Shown: positions 16,415 to 24,637, counted from the stretch's first letter. The stretch: 39,882 nt of DNA from a virus (IMGVR_UViG_3300048919_000040:1-39882), one strand, 5' to 3'. Program-made: numbers and translations. Notes: generated by a model not told the origin, from the sequence alone.

Positions 16415-18014
16415 TGGTATAGTTTTCGGATAATCTAAATTTAATTGTAGGTATGTGCATATTCTTTGTCTTCGGGTCTTTCTTTAATTCAAAATCTTCT
16501 ATAATAATGTATTCGCCGTTATTATTGAGTAGCACCCGGGCCGCTGCTAATTCCTTTAACCAATCCGCCACGCTATCACTAACGGGTGCGCCTACTATTG
16601 TAAACGGGTTCGCTAACGACGTGCTATATACCGTTTCTTGGCTATCTCCAATTTGATAGGCTGGTGTAATGGTTTTGTTAAATGTGGTGTTGCTTGGCTT
16701 AATTTCGTCGGTTATATCTGCGTCAAAATTAAAATTATCCCAACCGCCTAACCTGTTTAAGAATGTCATTTGCTGCAAGGTATGTAAGCAATCCGGTAAA
16801 ATATAATATTCCAAATCGTTAGATATAATAGATGACCCCCTAGCTAATGACACTTTAATAATTCCTGTTTTTGGATATGCGTCTAAAACCGTATCTATGT
16901 CAAGTACACAGGTATTAATTATGCTAAAATTTGCGCGCATTTGGTCGTGCGCGAATATTGTGCCTAAGTAATCGCCAGCCGTAGAGTATGCTCTATATGC
17001 CACTCGTATTGTGTAATCTATCGGGTTTGATAATCCGCGTTGTGTGTCCTTTAGAATAAAATTTATATATTCACGTTGGCCCCTTATATACGGTGTACGT
17101 GGTTTATTTGAAAGTAGTTTAACGGTACCTACGCCGTACACATATTCGGATAAATTAAGCGAATCGGATAATCGACCGTAACCATTAACCACATACAGTG
17201 CGTTAGATTGATAGAACGCAAACGAATTAATATTTTTAACTTTTGCGACAAATCTATATGCGCTTATTGAATTCGTGTTAAACCACCCGAAAGATGTAGG
17301 CGGTAATGTATACTCGGGATATTGGCCAAATAGCGCGTTGAGTTCAAACCAAAGCGGCGAACCTGAATACGTTTTACTAAGGGTCGTTAAGTAGTGGCCG
17401 ATTTTTGCCGGCGTAGTTGGTCTATCGTCTTCACCTAAAAATACTTGCGGGTCTACGTATACGTCTAACTCTATTTCGGCGGTATTTTGTTCGCCGCTTA
17501 TGCTATCATTATTAATTGATACCGGGTTAACGGTAGTTATAAGATATGCACTATTGCCGACATTATTAGGCGCGGTAACAATGATGTTAAACGCTGCGCC
17601 GGCTGCTTTAGACTTTATATTTATTGTTGACCCATTGGACGGCGTCGAGCCATTCCAAACGAAAGGCGTAACTATTTCAAAGTTTGATTTTATCCACGAA
17701 TCGGATAAAAGCGCTTGCCGTAAGTTTTCGGCCGTTTCGGAAACGTCAGACGAAATATAAAAAACGTTACCGCCAATTTCTGCGACATTAGTTGAGCCTT
17801 TAAATACGCGCGTTTCCCCGCCGGTAACGGCAATGTTTAGCGTCGATCTATTGGCCACATCCGGCGTAGTAGGCAGCATATTAATTTTTATATTTAATTC
17901 TAGCATTGTCTTTGTACTCGGCTTACTCGCAAACTGTACGAAGTTCTGAATAGCCGATAAACTTATTTCGTCCGGTTCCGTTATTACTGCTATATCTTTG
18001 CTTACATATCCCAT
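16407..18014 (-). CDS. Tail structural protein (putative)
   Basis: 535-aa ORF in the tail operon, overlapping the next gene by 8 nt. No motif recognised. Confidence 0.5.
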   Translation of the reverse strand: MGYVSKDIAVITEPDEISLSAIQNFVQFASKPSTKTMLELNIKINMLPTTPDVANRSTLNIAVTGGETRVFKGSTNVAEIGGNVFYISSDVSETAENLRQALLSDSWIKSNFEIVTPFVWNGSTPSNGSTINIKSKAAGAAFNIIVTAPNNVGNSAYLITTVNPVSINNDSISGEQNTAEIELDVYVDPQVFLGEDDRPTTPAKIGHYLTTLSKTYSGSPLWFELNALFGQYPEYTLPPTSFGWFNTNSISAYRFVAKVKNINSFAFYQSNALYVVNGYGRLSDSLNLSEYVYGVGTVKLLSNKPRTPYIRGQREYINFILKDTQRGLSNPIDYTIRVAYRAYSTAGDYLGTIFAHDQMRANFSIINTCVLDIDTVLDAYPKTGIIKVSLARGSSIISNDLEYYILPDCLHTLQQMTFLNRLGGWDNFNFDADITDEIKPSNTTFNKTITPAYQIGDSQETVYSTSLANPFTIVGAPVSDSVADWLKELAAARVLLNNNGEYIIIEDFELKKDPKTKNMHIPTIKFRLSENYTND

Positions 18015-18018
18015 ATTA

Positions 18019-18495
18019 TTAGTTATTAAAAAAGTTATCTAGTTCGCCGGTTATGGCGGCATATAAATTGTCTGACCAATCCGTATCAAATAAACTATTT
18101 ATTTGCGCGTCCATCGTGGCAAAGATCGGCCGGCCTTTGTGGCCATCCCGCCAAATGGCGTTAGCTATCGCGCCCAATGTTGCCGCGTCGGTAGGTATTC
18201 CGTTTTTATCGGCCCAATCTTTTAGCGCGCTAATTGGTGGCCGCTTACCGTACTTCGGCGGTCTATCCCACTCTAAGTAAACTACGTAGTGATTGAAGAA
18301 AGCCGTTATTACGGGGTCGTCACCGTTAGTCTGTGAAATGGCTGCGTAAAGATCGCCGCGTAGCGCACTATCTTTTAGCGTGTTTCGTCCTATCTTAGTA
18401 TTGACGCTAACGCTGTCATCTTCTAGCACTAGGTTAGCTAGCGCTAATAAATCGTCGGCAATCTTATCTATTGCCATTTGTACGCCCGGGGTCAT
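18019..18495 (-). CDS. Neck/tail-completion-like structural protein (putative)
   Basis: 158-aa ORF with an ATGA overlap to the upstream gene. Function is assigned by size and position only. Confidence 0.45.
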   Translation of the reverse strand: MTPGVQMAIDKIADDLLALANLVLEDDSVSVNTKIGRNTLKDSALRGDLYAAISQTNGDDPVITAFFNHYVVYLEWDRPPKYGKRPPISALKDWADKNGIPTDAATLGAIANAIWRDGHKGRPIFATMDAQINSLFDTDWSDNLYAAITGELDNFFNN

Positions 18496-19028
18496 ACTTT
18501 AAAATTTGGCAAGGTCTTAGTATCGTTAAACACTGCGCAGCCTTCCGGGTTATCGGCCACAAAACTAGGCAAAAGCGAATCCTTATTAAATTGTTTAGTC
18601 GGGTCGAAAAAGTCGCCACATAAATTAATAGGGTTCGCGCCATTGATATAGTATGTAAACCTAACACCGGCGGCGTTATCGTCGTAGTATTCGCGTAAAG
18701 TAATCCAGCTAAAAGAATCTACCGAAAAACCGGTATAGTCTTTTATCTTTTCGGCGTAGGATAGCCCAACGGTGTACGCAGCCCTTTGTACTGCTAAAAC
18801 GTCGTTATCATTATCAGGCAAGCCCAAAATATCGACGTTTACACTTTGGCGGATTAATCCCAGCTTTACCGTGGCGCTGCCTACGGTGTTACCGTTAATT
18901 GGGTCGTCTACCCACGTAAGCGGGTAAAGATCAGTACCGGCGCCTTTCTCGCTTGGCTTGCCGTACTTAAAGCCCTTAATTAATTTATGTTGGCGGGCCA
19001 TGTCGTAGAATGTATCAACTATCTGCAT
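18492..19028 (-). CDS. Neck/head-tail joining structural protein (putative)
   Basis: 178-aa ORF in the tail operon. Function is assigned by position only. Confidence 0.45.
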   Translation of the reverse strand: MQIVDTFYDMARQHKLIKGFKYGKPSEKGAGTDLYPLTWVDDPINGNTVGSATVKLGLIRQSVNVDILGLPDNDNDVLAVQRAAYTVGLSYAEKIKDYTGFSVDSFSWITLREYYDDNAAGVRFTYYINGANPINLCGDFFDPTKQFNKDSLLPSFVADNPEGCAVFNDTKTLPNFKV

Positions 19029-19784
19029 TTTTATTTTGTTTTGCTAGTTTACGGTCTAATTTCCTTTGCGCTGCGTCTGCAATACCCTTATCCCGCCTGT
19101 ATTGTATAAACGTAAAAGCCGACGTAACCGGTAACGTAGTGACCGAATCAAAAAGAAGTATTTGATTATCTGCCACATCCGCGATAACTTTATACCATCC
19201 CCAAGCTTTAGAGAATGTAGAATATTCAGGGGCAACGATTCTACCGCTTGCGTTAGGTTGGTAAAGGCTATCGTACGCGTCTCTAACGCGTTTTTGCAGT
19301 GCAAAAAAAAAGCTAACAGGGGCCAAACCTGCGACATCGGTAACTCGCCAAACATGGCCGTACGTTCTTCGGTTAATTCGTCGTCGTAGTCTTCACCAAC
19401 CGGCCGGCATACTATTGCCAGTATTCCGCTTATTACGTTTTCGCCGCTTTTCTGTGTTTCGTCCGCGTCTATATATGCGCCTAAGCTTAATTTTTCTTCT
19501 ATCGGAATTACGTACGTAACGCCGTTAATCTTAACTTTAGGCGACGGCGGCGCTACAAATTCTTCAAAAATGAAAAATGAATGCTCCACGACGATATTAA
19601 AGATGTCAGCGGGAAGGTCTAACAGTTTCGCCGGTTCAATATTGCAAATCTTGGCCACAAGGGCCACACGTTCCCGGGTGTTTTCCGGTTTGTCTTGGTA
19701 GAAGTTTTCGTAGTGCTTTAATTTAATTTCTTCCCATTTGGTCGGCACTTGTATAACTTCGTCTAAATATTCTATTGTAGTCAT
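19015..19784 (-). CDS. First gene of the tail operon, in two frames joined at a T9 run. Either a -1 frameshift or slippage product (tail-assembly-chaperone-like) or an indel artefact.
   Basis: The frame starting at 19784 looks protein-like up to ...PLLAFF. The -1 frame (tracked ORF 19015..19326) continues with protein-like sequence and native-looking codons. The junction is GCT TTT TTT TTG on the mRNA strand. Confidence 0.55.
19303..19311 (-). other. T9 homopolymer / U_UUU_UUU slippery heptamer on the coding strand
   Basis: The plus strand has A9 at 19303-19311. In the upstream frame the codons are GCT TTT TTT, which fits X_XXY_YYZ. A -1 shift enters the frame of ORF 19015..19326. Confidence 0.7.
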
Positions 19785-19836
19785 AAAGTAGAGATAAAAC
19801 AGGCTATATTTATCTTTATCTTAAATAATATTAACA
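19785..19836. promoter_or_regulatory. 52-bp divergent control region between the tail operon and the portal operon
   Basis: Contains the inverted repeat AGATAAA...TTTATCT and two copies, one per strand, of the 15-nt late motif TTTATCTYTAYYTT. Confidence 0.5.
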
Positions 19837-21231
19837 ATGAACGAAGATATTAAAGAAGTTGCTACGCTCGTAGCAATGTCGAACGTCAAATTATCGCCAG
19901 CTTATCCCACGTTTAAAGTAAATAAATCCGGGGGGTGGGTAAGTTATGGCGATAGAAACGACTTCCCGCAGCACATAATAGATATTAATAGTAAGTCGCC
20001 GGCTAACAATTCTATTATACAATCGAAAGTAACGTATATTCTAGGTAAGGGTATACTAGATAGTAAGGCTACCGCGACTACATACATAGGCCGCCCTAAC
20101 GATTCCGATAGTTGGGATGAAATTACGGAGCGTGTAGCGCTGGATTATGTCACTTTTGCCGGTATGTATTGGCAAGTGATCGTAAACAAAGACGGTACTA
20201 CCGTTTCGATCTTCCACGAAGATTTTAGCAAAGTGCGCGTAGGTCAGATAAACGAACGCGGCGAACCTATTACTTTTAGAATATCTAATGATTGGAGCAA
20301 AACCAGCGGAAAAAATAAGCCGATAGAGTTAGACGTATGGCCCGGACTAAGTAGCGCAGAAGAAGGCGTAGCGTATTTATATCACTATTGGGATTATTCG
20401 CCGGGGCTAATGCTTTATAGTGTACCGAATTGGTGGAGCGCCGAGCAATACGTAAAGGCTGACGGCACGCTAGGCCAATTCTATAACAATTCAATAGATA
20501 ACGGCTTTACACCGTCGGTAGTTATCAGTATGCCAAATAACCCGGAGCAAGCAAAAAAAGACGCGTTTCAGAAAAAAATGGAGAGTGCATTTAGTGGCGC
20601 TAAGGGCGCTAGTTCTATCGTGGTGCTTTGGGGTGAAGGTAAAGAAGTTAAGCCCGAAATTACGCCGTTTAACGCTAGCGCAAACGCGGATATTTATAAC
20701 AACGTCGAAAGTATTATTTTTCAAAAGATTATTAGCGCGCACCGCCTTAGTAGCCCAACGCTGGCCGGTATCGCCGGTAGTGGCAACTTATCAGGTAACG
20801 CAAAAGAAATTATTAGTTCTTATATTCTGTTTAACTATACCGTTATTGAAAAAATGCGCCGAAAAGTGCTAGACCAATTAAATATTTTCACGAAAATAAA
20901 CGGCACCGCGCCGCTGCAAATAATGGAACTAGAAGTAATTGATAAGATCAAAGAAGCTACTACTAATTCGCTTACTATCGGCAACGCTGCGGAAGCCACC
21001 ACGGACGAAGGAAATACGCAAATTAGCGATAGTTTAGCGCAAAAGATCGGCGTAGGAGGTACGCAAGCGCTTACCGCGATTATTCAAAACCCGAATATAC
21101 CGGACGATCAAAAACGCGGGCTATTAAAAACGTTATTCGGCCTAGGCGACGACGAACTAGCTAACATTTTTAACGACCCGGTAGAATCCAAATTTAAAAG
21201 AATGCTAAAAAAATTAAGAATATGGAACTGA
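19837..21231 (+). CDS. Portal protein (putative)
   Basis: 464 aa. The central and C-terminal region (FQKIISAHRLSSPTLAGI...GNLSGNAKEIISSYILFNYTVIEKMRRKVLDQLN) follows the Phage_portal core pattern. Size and morphogenesis context agree. Confidence 0.6.
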   Translation: MNEDIKEVATLVAMSNVKLSPAYPTFKVNKSGGWVSYGDRNDFPQHIIDINSKSPANNSIIQSKVTYILGKGILDSKATATTYIGRPNDSDSWDEITERVALDYVTFAGMYWQVIVNKDGTTVSIFHEDFSKVRVGQINERGEPITFRISNDWSKTSGKNKPIELDVWPGLSSAEEGVAYLYHYWDYSPGLMLYSVPNWWSAEQYVKADGTLGQFYNNSIDNGFTPSVVISMPNNPEQAKKDAFQKKMESAFSGAKGASSIVVLWGEGKEVKPEITPFNASANADIYNNVESIIFQKIISAHRLSSPTLAGIAGSGNLSGNAKEIISSYILFNYTVIEKMRRKVLDQLNIFTKINGTAPLQIMELEVIDKIKEATTNSLTIGNAAEATTDEGNTQISDSLAQKIGVGGTQALTAIIQNPNIPDDQKRGLLKTLFGLGDDELANIFNDPVESKFKRMLKKLRIWN

Positions 21232-21773
21232 TAAGCGAAGAAATGTTTAAACAGTATAGCCCGATAACTACCGATACGGGTATAGCTGACTTTGTGCCGT
21301 ATATCAATATTGCGCAAATGATGTACTTAGAAGAATTGTTAGGCCCGGGGCTGCTAACCGAATTAGAATTACAAATAAAGGCGGCTAGCGAGTTAGACCC
21401 GGAGCAACCGGCGCCAGACCCTTACCCAATAACTGCGCATAATCAAGCGCTTTTAAAGATGATAGCGCCGCCTTTGTCATTCTATGCGGTGTATCAGGGC
21501 TTACCCATGCAGTGGGCAAAAATAGTAAACAAGGGGCTTACCATAAAAGAAAGCGAAAACAGTAAGGCCGTAGATATTAAAGACCTTGGCCAGCTTAGAC
21601 GCTGGATTAAAGACGACGCCGAATTTTTACTAACGCGACTTATAAAATATATGTGCCGATGCGCTAAAAATTACCCGCTTTGGTCGCCGGGTAGTTACTG
21701 CGGTGGGTGCGAATGCGGCGACGATAAAAAGAATGTAGCGGCCGACTTCGGTATATTCATCCCTAACCGCTAA
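21222..21773 (+). CDS. Head-tail connector/adaptor-like protein (putative)
   Basis: 183-aa ORF overlapping the portal stop by 10 nt. Function is assigned from position and a weak gp6-like N-terminal pattern only. Confidence 0.4.
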   Translation: MELISEEMFKQYSPITTDTGIADFVPYINIAQMMYLEELLGPGLLTELELQIKAASELDPEQPAPDPYPITAHNQALLKMIAPPLSFYAVYQGLPMQWAKIVNKGLTIKESENSKAVDIKDLGQLRRWIKDDAEFLLTRLIKYMCRCAKNYPLWSPGSYCGGCECGDDKKNVAADFGIFIPNR

Positions 21774-21777
21774 GATT

Positions 21778-22275
21778 ATGAAAGACTATATATTAATGAT
21801 GCGTCACCTATGGGATTTACTTGTAAAAGTGGCGCAAACGTCGTTTGGTTGGTTATCCGCCGTGATTGTATTTATCTTTAACTATTTTTCGCCCGAAGGA
21901 TATAGTTTTTCGGTCGTGTTGGTCGCCGTTTTACTAGATGCTTTTTTCGGCATTTTGGTAGCGCTTAAATTCGATAAGTTTATTTTGTCAAAGCTAGGCC
22001 GCGTAACTCTTACTAAAATGGCGTCGTACGCTGCGCCGCTTATCATGCTTTACATGATCGAGAAATTAACGCACGATAGCGGTTTTATCGGTATTAAAGT
22101 GGCCGCCGGTTGGGCCGCCGCTTGTGAGCTGTGGAGTATGTCGGCGCACATCCTAATTTTATGGCCCGATAGTCCATTTTTTAAACTATTCCGTAAGCAG
22201 CTAAAAGCCGAGATAGAAGCGAAGATAGGCAACCCGCTAGATGATATATTTACGGACGAAGAAAAAAAAGATTAA
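21778..22275 (+). CDS. Holin-like membrane protein (Phage_holin_4_1-like)
   Basis: 165 aa with about 4 hydrophobic helices. LDAFFGILVALKFDKFILSKLGRVTLTK resembles the D..tG...A....S..G..K holin motif. The C-terminus is charged. Confidence 0.5.
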   Translation: MKDYILMMRHLWDLLVKVAQTSFGWLSAVIVFIFNYFSPEGYSFSVVLVAVLLDAFFGILVALKFDKFILSKLGRVTLTKMASYAAPLIMLYMIEKLTHDSGFIGIKVAAGWAAACELWSMSAHILILWPDSPFFKLFRKQLKAEIEAKIGNPLDDIFTDEEKKD

Positions 22276-22281
22276 AATTTA

Positions 22282-22312
22282 TTTGGATTATTAAAAAATA
22301 GTATTATCTTTG
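22282..22312 (+). promoter_or_regulatory. Bacteroidota-type housekeeping promoter (TTTG-N19-TATCTTTG)
   Basis: TTTG at 22282-22285 and TATCTTTG at 22305-22312 match the -33 TTTG / -7 TAnnTTTG consensus with a 19-nt spacer. Confidence 0.45.
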
Positions 22313-22355
22313 TAAAGTCTTAACCGGTGGTTAGTAACTATACATTCACTCTTTT

Positions 22356-22376
22356 AGCGCCTACGGGCGCTTTTTA
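22356..22376 (+). terminator. Rho-independent terminator
   Basis: Stem AGCGCC/GGCGCT (22356-22361 / 22366-22371) with loop TACG, followed by TTTTT. Confidence 0.75.
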
Positions 22377-22404
22377 AAAGTCTTTTTATGGTTCATCCAT
22401 CCAC

Positions 22405-22420
22405 TGGCACGACATTTGTA
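22405..22420 (+). promoter_or_regulatory. Sigma-54 type promoter-like element, near-consensus (TGGCACGACATTTGTA)
   Basis: The -24 half is perfect, and the -12 half is TTGT instead of TTGC. The downstream GTAAAACAATTAAAA and upstream GGTTCATCC..CCAC are shared with the minus-strand copy at 2576-2632. Confidence 0.45.
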
Positions 22421-22445
22421 TTAATGAGTAAAACAATTAAAAGAA

Positions 22446-22760
22446 ATGTATATTATGAAAACCGCAACAAAAGCAATCGTATTAACCGCCAAGGGCGAAG
22501 TAAACAAACATTTTAAAAATGCGCTAATGTGCGCAAGGTTCGACGAAGCGAATACCAAAATTTACCCGTGTAGCTGGATGAAGTCAGGCCGTAATTTTGC
22601 TTGCCGTGATAAAAGCGCGCTAATAACTAGCGTACTTAAAGCGCAAGGTTACAAGTTTGAAATAGGCAACGACGCACCAAAGGGCGGGCTAGAAGGTAAC
22701 TACATCAAAGTAAGTAAAACCGCGTTAGCATTTTTATTGCAGTTTAGAAAATGGAACTAA
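22446..22760 (+). CDS. hypothetical protein (104 aa; may start at 22455, MKTATK...)
   Basis: First ORF after the promoter-like element. No recognisable motif. Confidence 0.6.
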   Translation: MYIMKTATKAIVLTAKGEVNKHFKNALMCARFDEANTKIYPCSWMKSGRNFACRDKSALITSVLKAQGYKFEIGNDAPKGGLEGNYIKVSKTALAFLLQFRKWN

Positions 22761-22894
22761 AACGCCTATTTGCCTTAGAAGATGCTTTAATAGCGCAGTT
22801 GTTAGAAAGTTACGCCATTGGTGCGGTGCCGCGAAAAGCGGTTAAAGACGAATTAGCAACCGTTCAATTAAAAATAAAAAGCTTATGGAAATAG
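22751..22894 (+). CDS. hypothetical small protein (47 aa, not in the ORF track)
   Basis: I read it myself: ATG at 22751, MELKRLFALEDALIAQLLESYAIGAVPRKAVKDELATVQLKIKSLWK, stop at 22892-22894. It fills the gap between neighbours with overlaps at both ends. Confidence 0.4.
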   Translation: MELKRLFALEDALIAQLLESYAIGAVPRKAVKDELATVQLKIKSLWK

Positions 22895-23175
22895 CGACCT
22901 ATAAGTATCAGCGCAAAGAAGGGGTTTACCCCTTCACTGTGTTTGTTACCCACACAATGAAAGTAAAAATACTAGAAGATACCGGTAAGCGCTTGCGCAT
23001 AGAGTTCTTAGGCTACCACGCCGACGGACGAACACCGGGAACCGTTACCACCGTGGAGTATAAAAGCGTTAAGCGAATGGATGCGGCCAGCCGTTCCGGC
23101 AAGTCTGCAAACCTGCAAGACTATTTAGATACCTTAGACCCTGAATTAATTAGAAAACCCTATAAAGATGACTAG
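22885..23175 (+). CDS. hypothetical protein (96 aa)
   Basis: ORF in an operon-like tiling. No motif recognised. Confidence 0.6.
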   Translation: MEIATYKYQRKEGVYPFTVFVTHTMKVKILEDTGKRLRIEFLGYHADGRTPGTVTTVEYKSVKRMDAASRSGKSANLQDYLDTLDPELIRKPYKDD

Positions 23176-23734
23176 AAAAGAAGCCGACGCGCTAATATCG
23201 TATATCGAATTTTTAGCAGCATTAACCGAAGACTACGAACTAATGAACCGGCCGCCTATTTTATCGGCAACCTCAAACGACGGCGAAAATTGGAAGCCTT
23301 CAAATGTATTTCTAGGCGTAAAACCCAGCCCTATTATGGGTATGGACTTCGGAACTGAAAACCCTAGCGTAGCGGTGCAATCATGGCGCGACCAATTTAT
23401 CAGGTGGCACATAGAAGAAGCCGGCCCAATAGACCCGGAAGTATTCGCCAAGCTAAAAACCGCACATAAAAGACGCGGGCAAGACGTTACGCTAGGCGCG
23501 TTACTTAATATCGTAGCTAATGCGCCTAACTCTATGCTAGACTACTACCGAAAAGAAGATATTATAGCCTTTGGTAAAGTCGTTCGCGATTTGACTAGAT
23601 TAGAAATAGAATTTTCGGCAAGCCCTAAAGTGGAATATGTAGACGAAGGCGCGGGCAAAGAACATAAGGCCGTAGTGCTTTGGCCTAAGTTATCAGAAGA
23701 ATACGTATATTTACCAAAAGATTATAAACTATGA
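23168..23734 (+). CDS. hypothetical protein (188 aa)
   Basis: ORF overlapping both neighbours (8 nt and ATGA). No motif recognised. Confidence 0.65.
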   Translation: MTRKEADALISYIEFLAALTEDYELMNRPPILSATSNDGENWKPSNVFLGVKPSPIMGMDFGTENPSVAVQSWRDQFIRWHIEEAGPIDPEVFAKLKTAHKRRGQDVTLGALLNIVANAPNSMLDYYRKEDIIAFGKVVRDLTRLEIEFSASPKVEYVDEGAGKEHKAVVLWPKLSEEYVYLPKDYKL

Positions 23735-24015
23735 ATATCACAATAGAAGCCCCACAAGGCGCGGGCAAATCCACACAAACAAACCTTATCATAAACGCCA
23801 ATATGCCGGCTAACGTAGTGTACGCTAATGGCGACATAGATACGGCGCTAACCGACTTTTACGATAACCCGCCAGCCTTTGGCACAAACTTTGTAATAGT
23901 TGACGATATAAGAAGCGAAGCGCATTTAAAAGCCGCTAAGCGTAAAGTTAACGAATGGCGCCGCCGTAACGACGTCAATTTAAAAGCAATTTTTGAAATA
24001 CAAATAGGATTATGA
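23731..24015 (+). CDS. Mini P-loop protein (94 aa, thymidylate-kinase-like N-terminal motif)
   Basis: ITIEAPQGAGKSTQ resembles the Tmk/dNMP-kinase Walker A context (hEG..GaGKsTQ). FVIVDDI is Walker-B-like. The protein is far too short for a full kinase. Confidence 0.5.
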   Translation: MNITIEAPQGAGKSTQTNLIINANMPANVVYANGDIDTALTDFYDNPPAFGTNFVIVDDIRSEAHLKAAKRKVNEWRRRNDVNLKAIFEIQIGL

Positions 24016-24296
24016 AAACAGGAAAATTAAAAGGTGTTACCACCATAGAAGCCGCAGGTATAGTTATGCACTTAGGCGGCAAAACAATGCTATACCGAGA
24101 CGCCCCGCTATTGAATATTGCGCAGATCATAGACGTATGTAACGAAGCCGAAGCCAACGAAGCCGATAGCATACTATTCGATAAGGGTGCGCTATTTGAT
24201 CCGGCGGCCTACGAACTAGCGCGCGAAGCTGTTAAAGGTTTTGAAGAAAAATACCCGGACCAGCTTAAAGTAGTAATCTATAATATTGCGGAATGA
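24012..24296 (+). CDS. hypothetical protein (94 aa)
   Basis: ORF with ATGA overlaps on both sides. Confidence 0.6.
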   Translation: MKTGKLKGVTTIEAAGIVMHLGGKTMLYRDAPLLNIAQIIDVCNEAEANEADSILFDKGALFDPAAYELAREAVKGFEEKYPDQLKVVIYNIAE

Positions 24297-24541
24297 TGGG
24301 AAAACGAATTGAAGGTAACCCAGACTTAGCTTGCCCGGCACTACCACCAATACACTTGAAGCCGAAATTTAGTATCGGCCAATTTGTCTACCCTAGGGCT
24401 GACCCTGACCAATACCCGCGAATAATTACAGGACTCATAATTCGGCCGAACGAAATTATTAAATACTTGGCCTCTAATTACGATAACGAACGCGAATATG
24501 AAGCCTTTGAACTATCAGACGTTAAAACCTATGTACCATGA
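24293..24541 (+). CDS. hypothetical protein (82 aa)
   Basis: ORF with an ATGA overlap to the upstream gene. Confidence 0.6.
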   Translation: MMGKRIEGNPDLACPALPPIHLKPKFSIGQFVYPRADPDQYPRIITGLIIRPNEIIKYLASNYDNEREYEAFELSDVKTYVP

Positions 24542-24612
24542 GTAGAAAAAAAAAGGCGGACGATATAAAAGTAATAGGCTATACAGATTAGCTCGTTTAT
24601 TTGTTTTACAGT

Positions 24613-24637
24613 AGCGCGCTGCTTTGGCGCGCTTTTT
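24613..24637 (+). terminator. Rho-independent terminator
   Basis: Stem AGCGCGC/GCGCGCT (24613-24619 / 24627-24633) with a 7-nt loop, followed by TTTT. Confidence 0.7.

Noticed and set aside
19056-19302. The unshifted continuation of the 242-aa ORF as the genuine C-terminus
   Set aside because: It is Leu/Arg-rich with codons (CGG, AGG, CTT, GGG) that look atypical for this genome, whereas the -1 frame looks native. It is kept only as an alternative in the frameshift finding, because it is unusually long for an accidental open frame.
24538-24591. A 17-codon ORF (MSRKKKADDIKVIGYTD) containing an A9 run after the 82-aa gene
   Set aside because: It is too short to support, lies in a non-coding spacer ahead of a terminator, and the A-run is more simply part of an A-rich intergenic tract.
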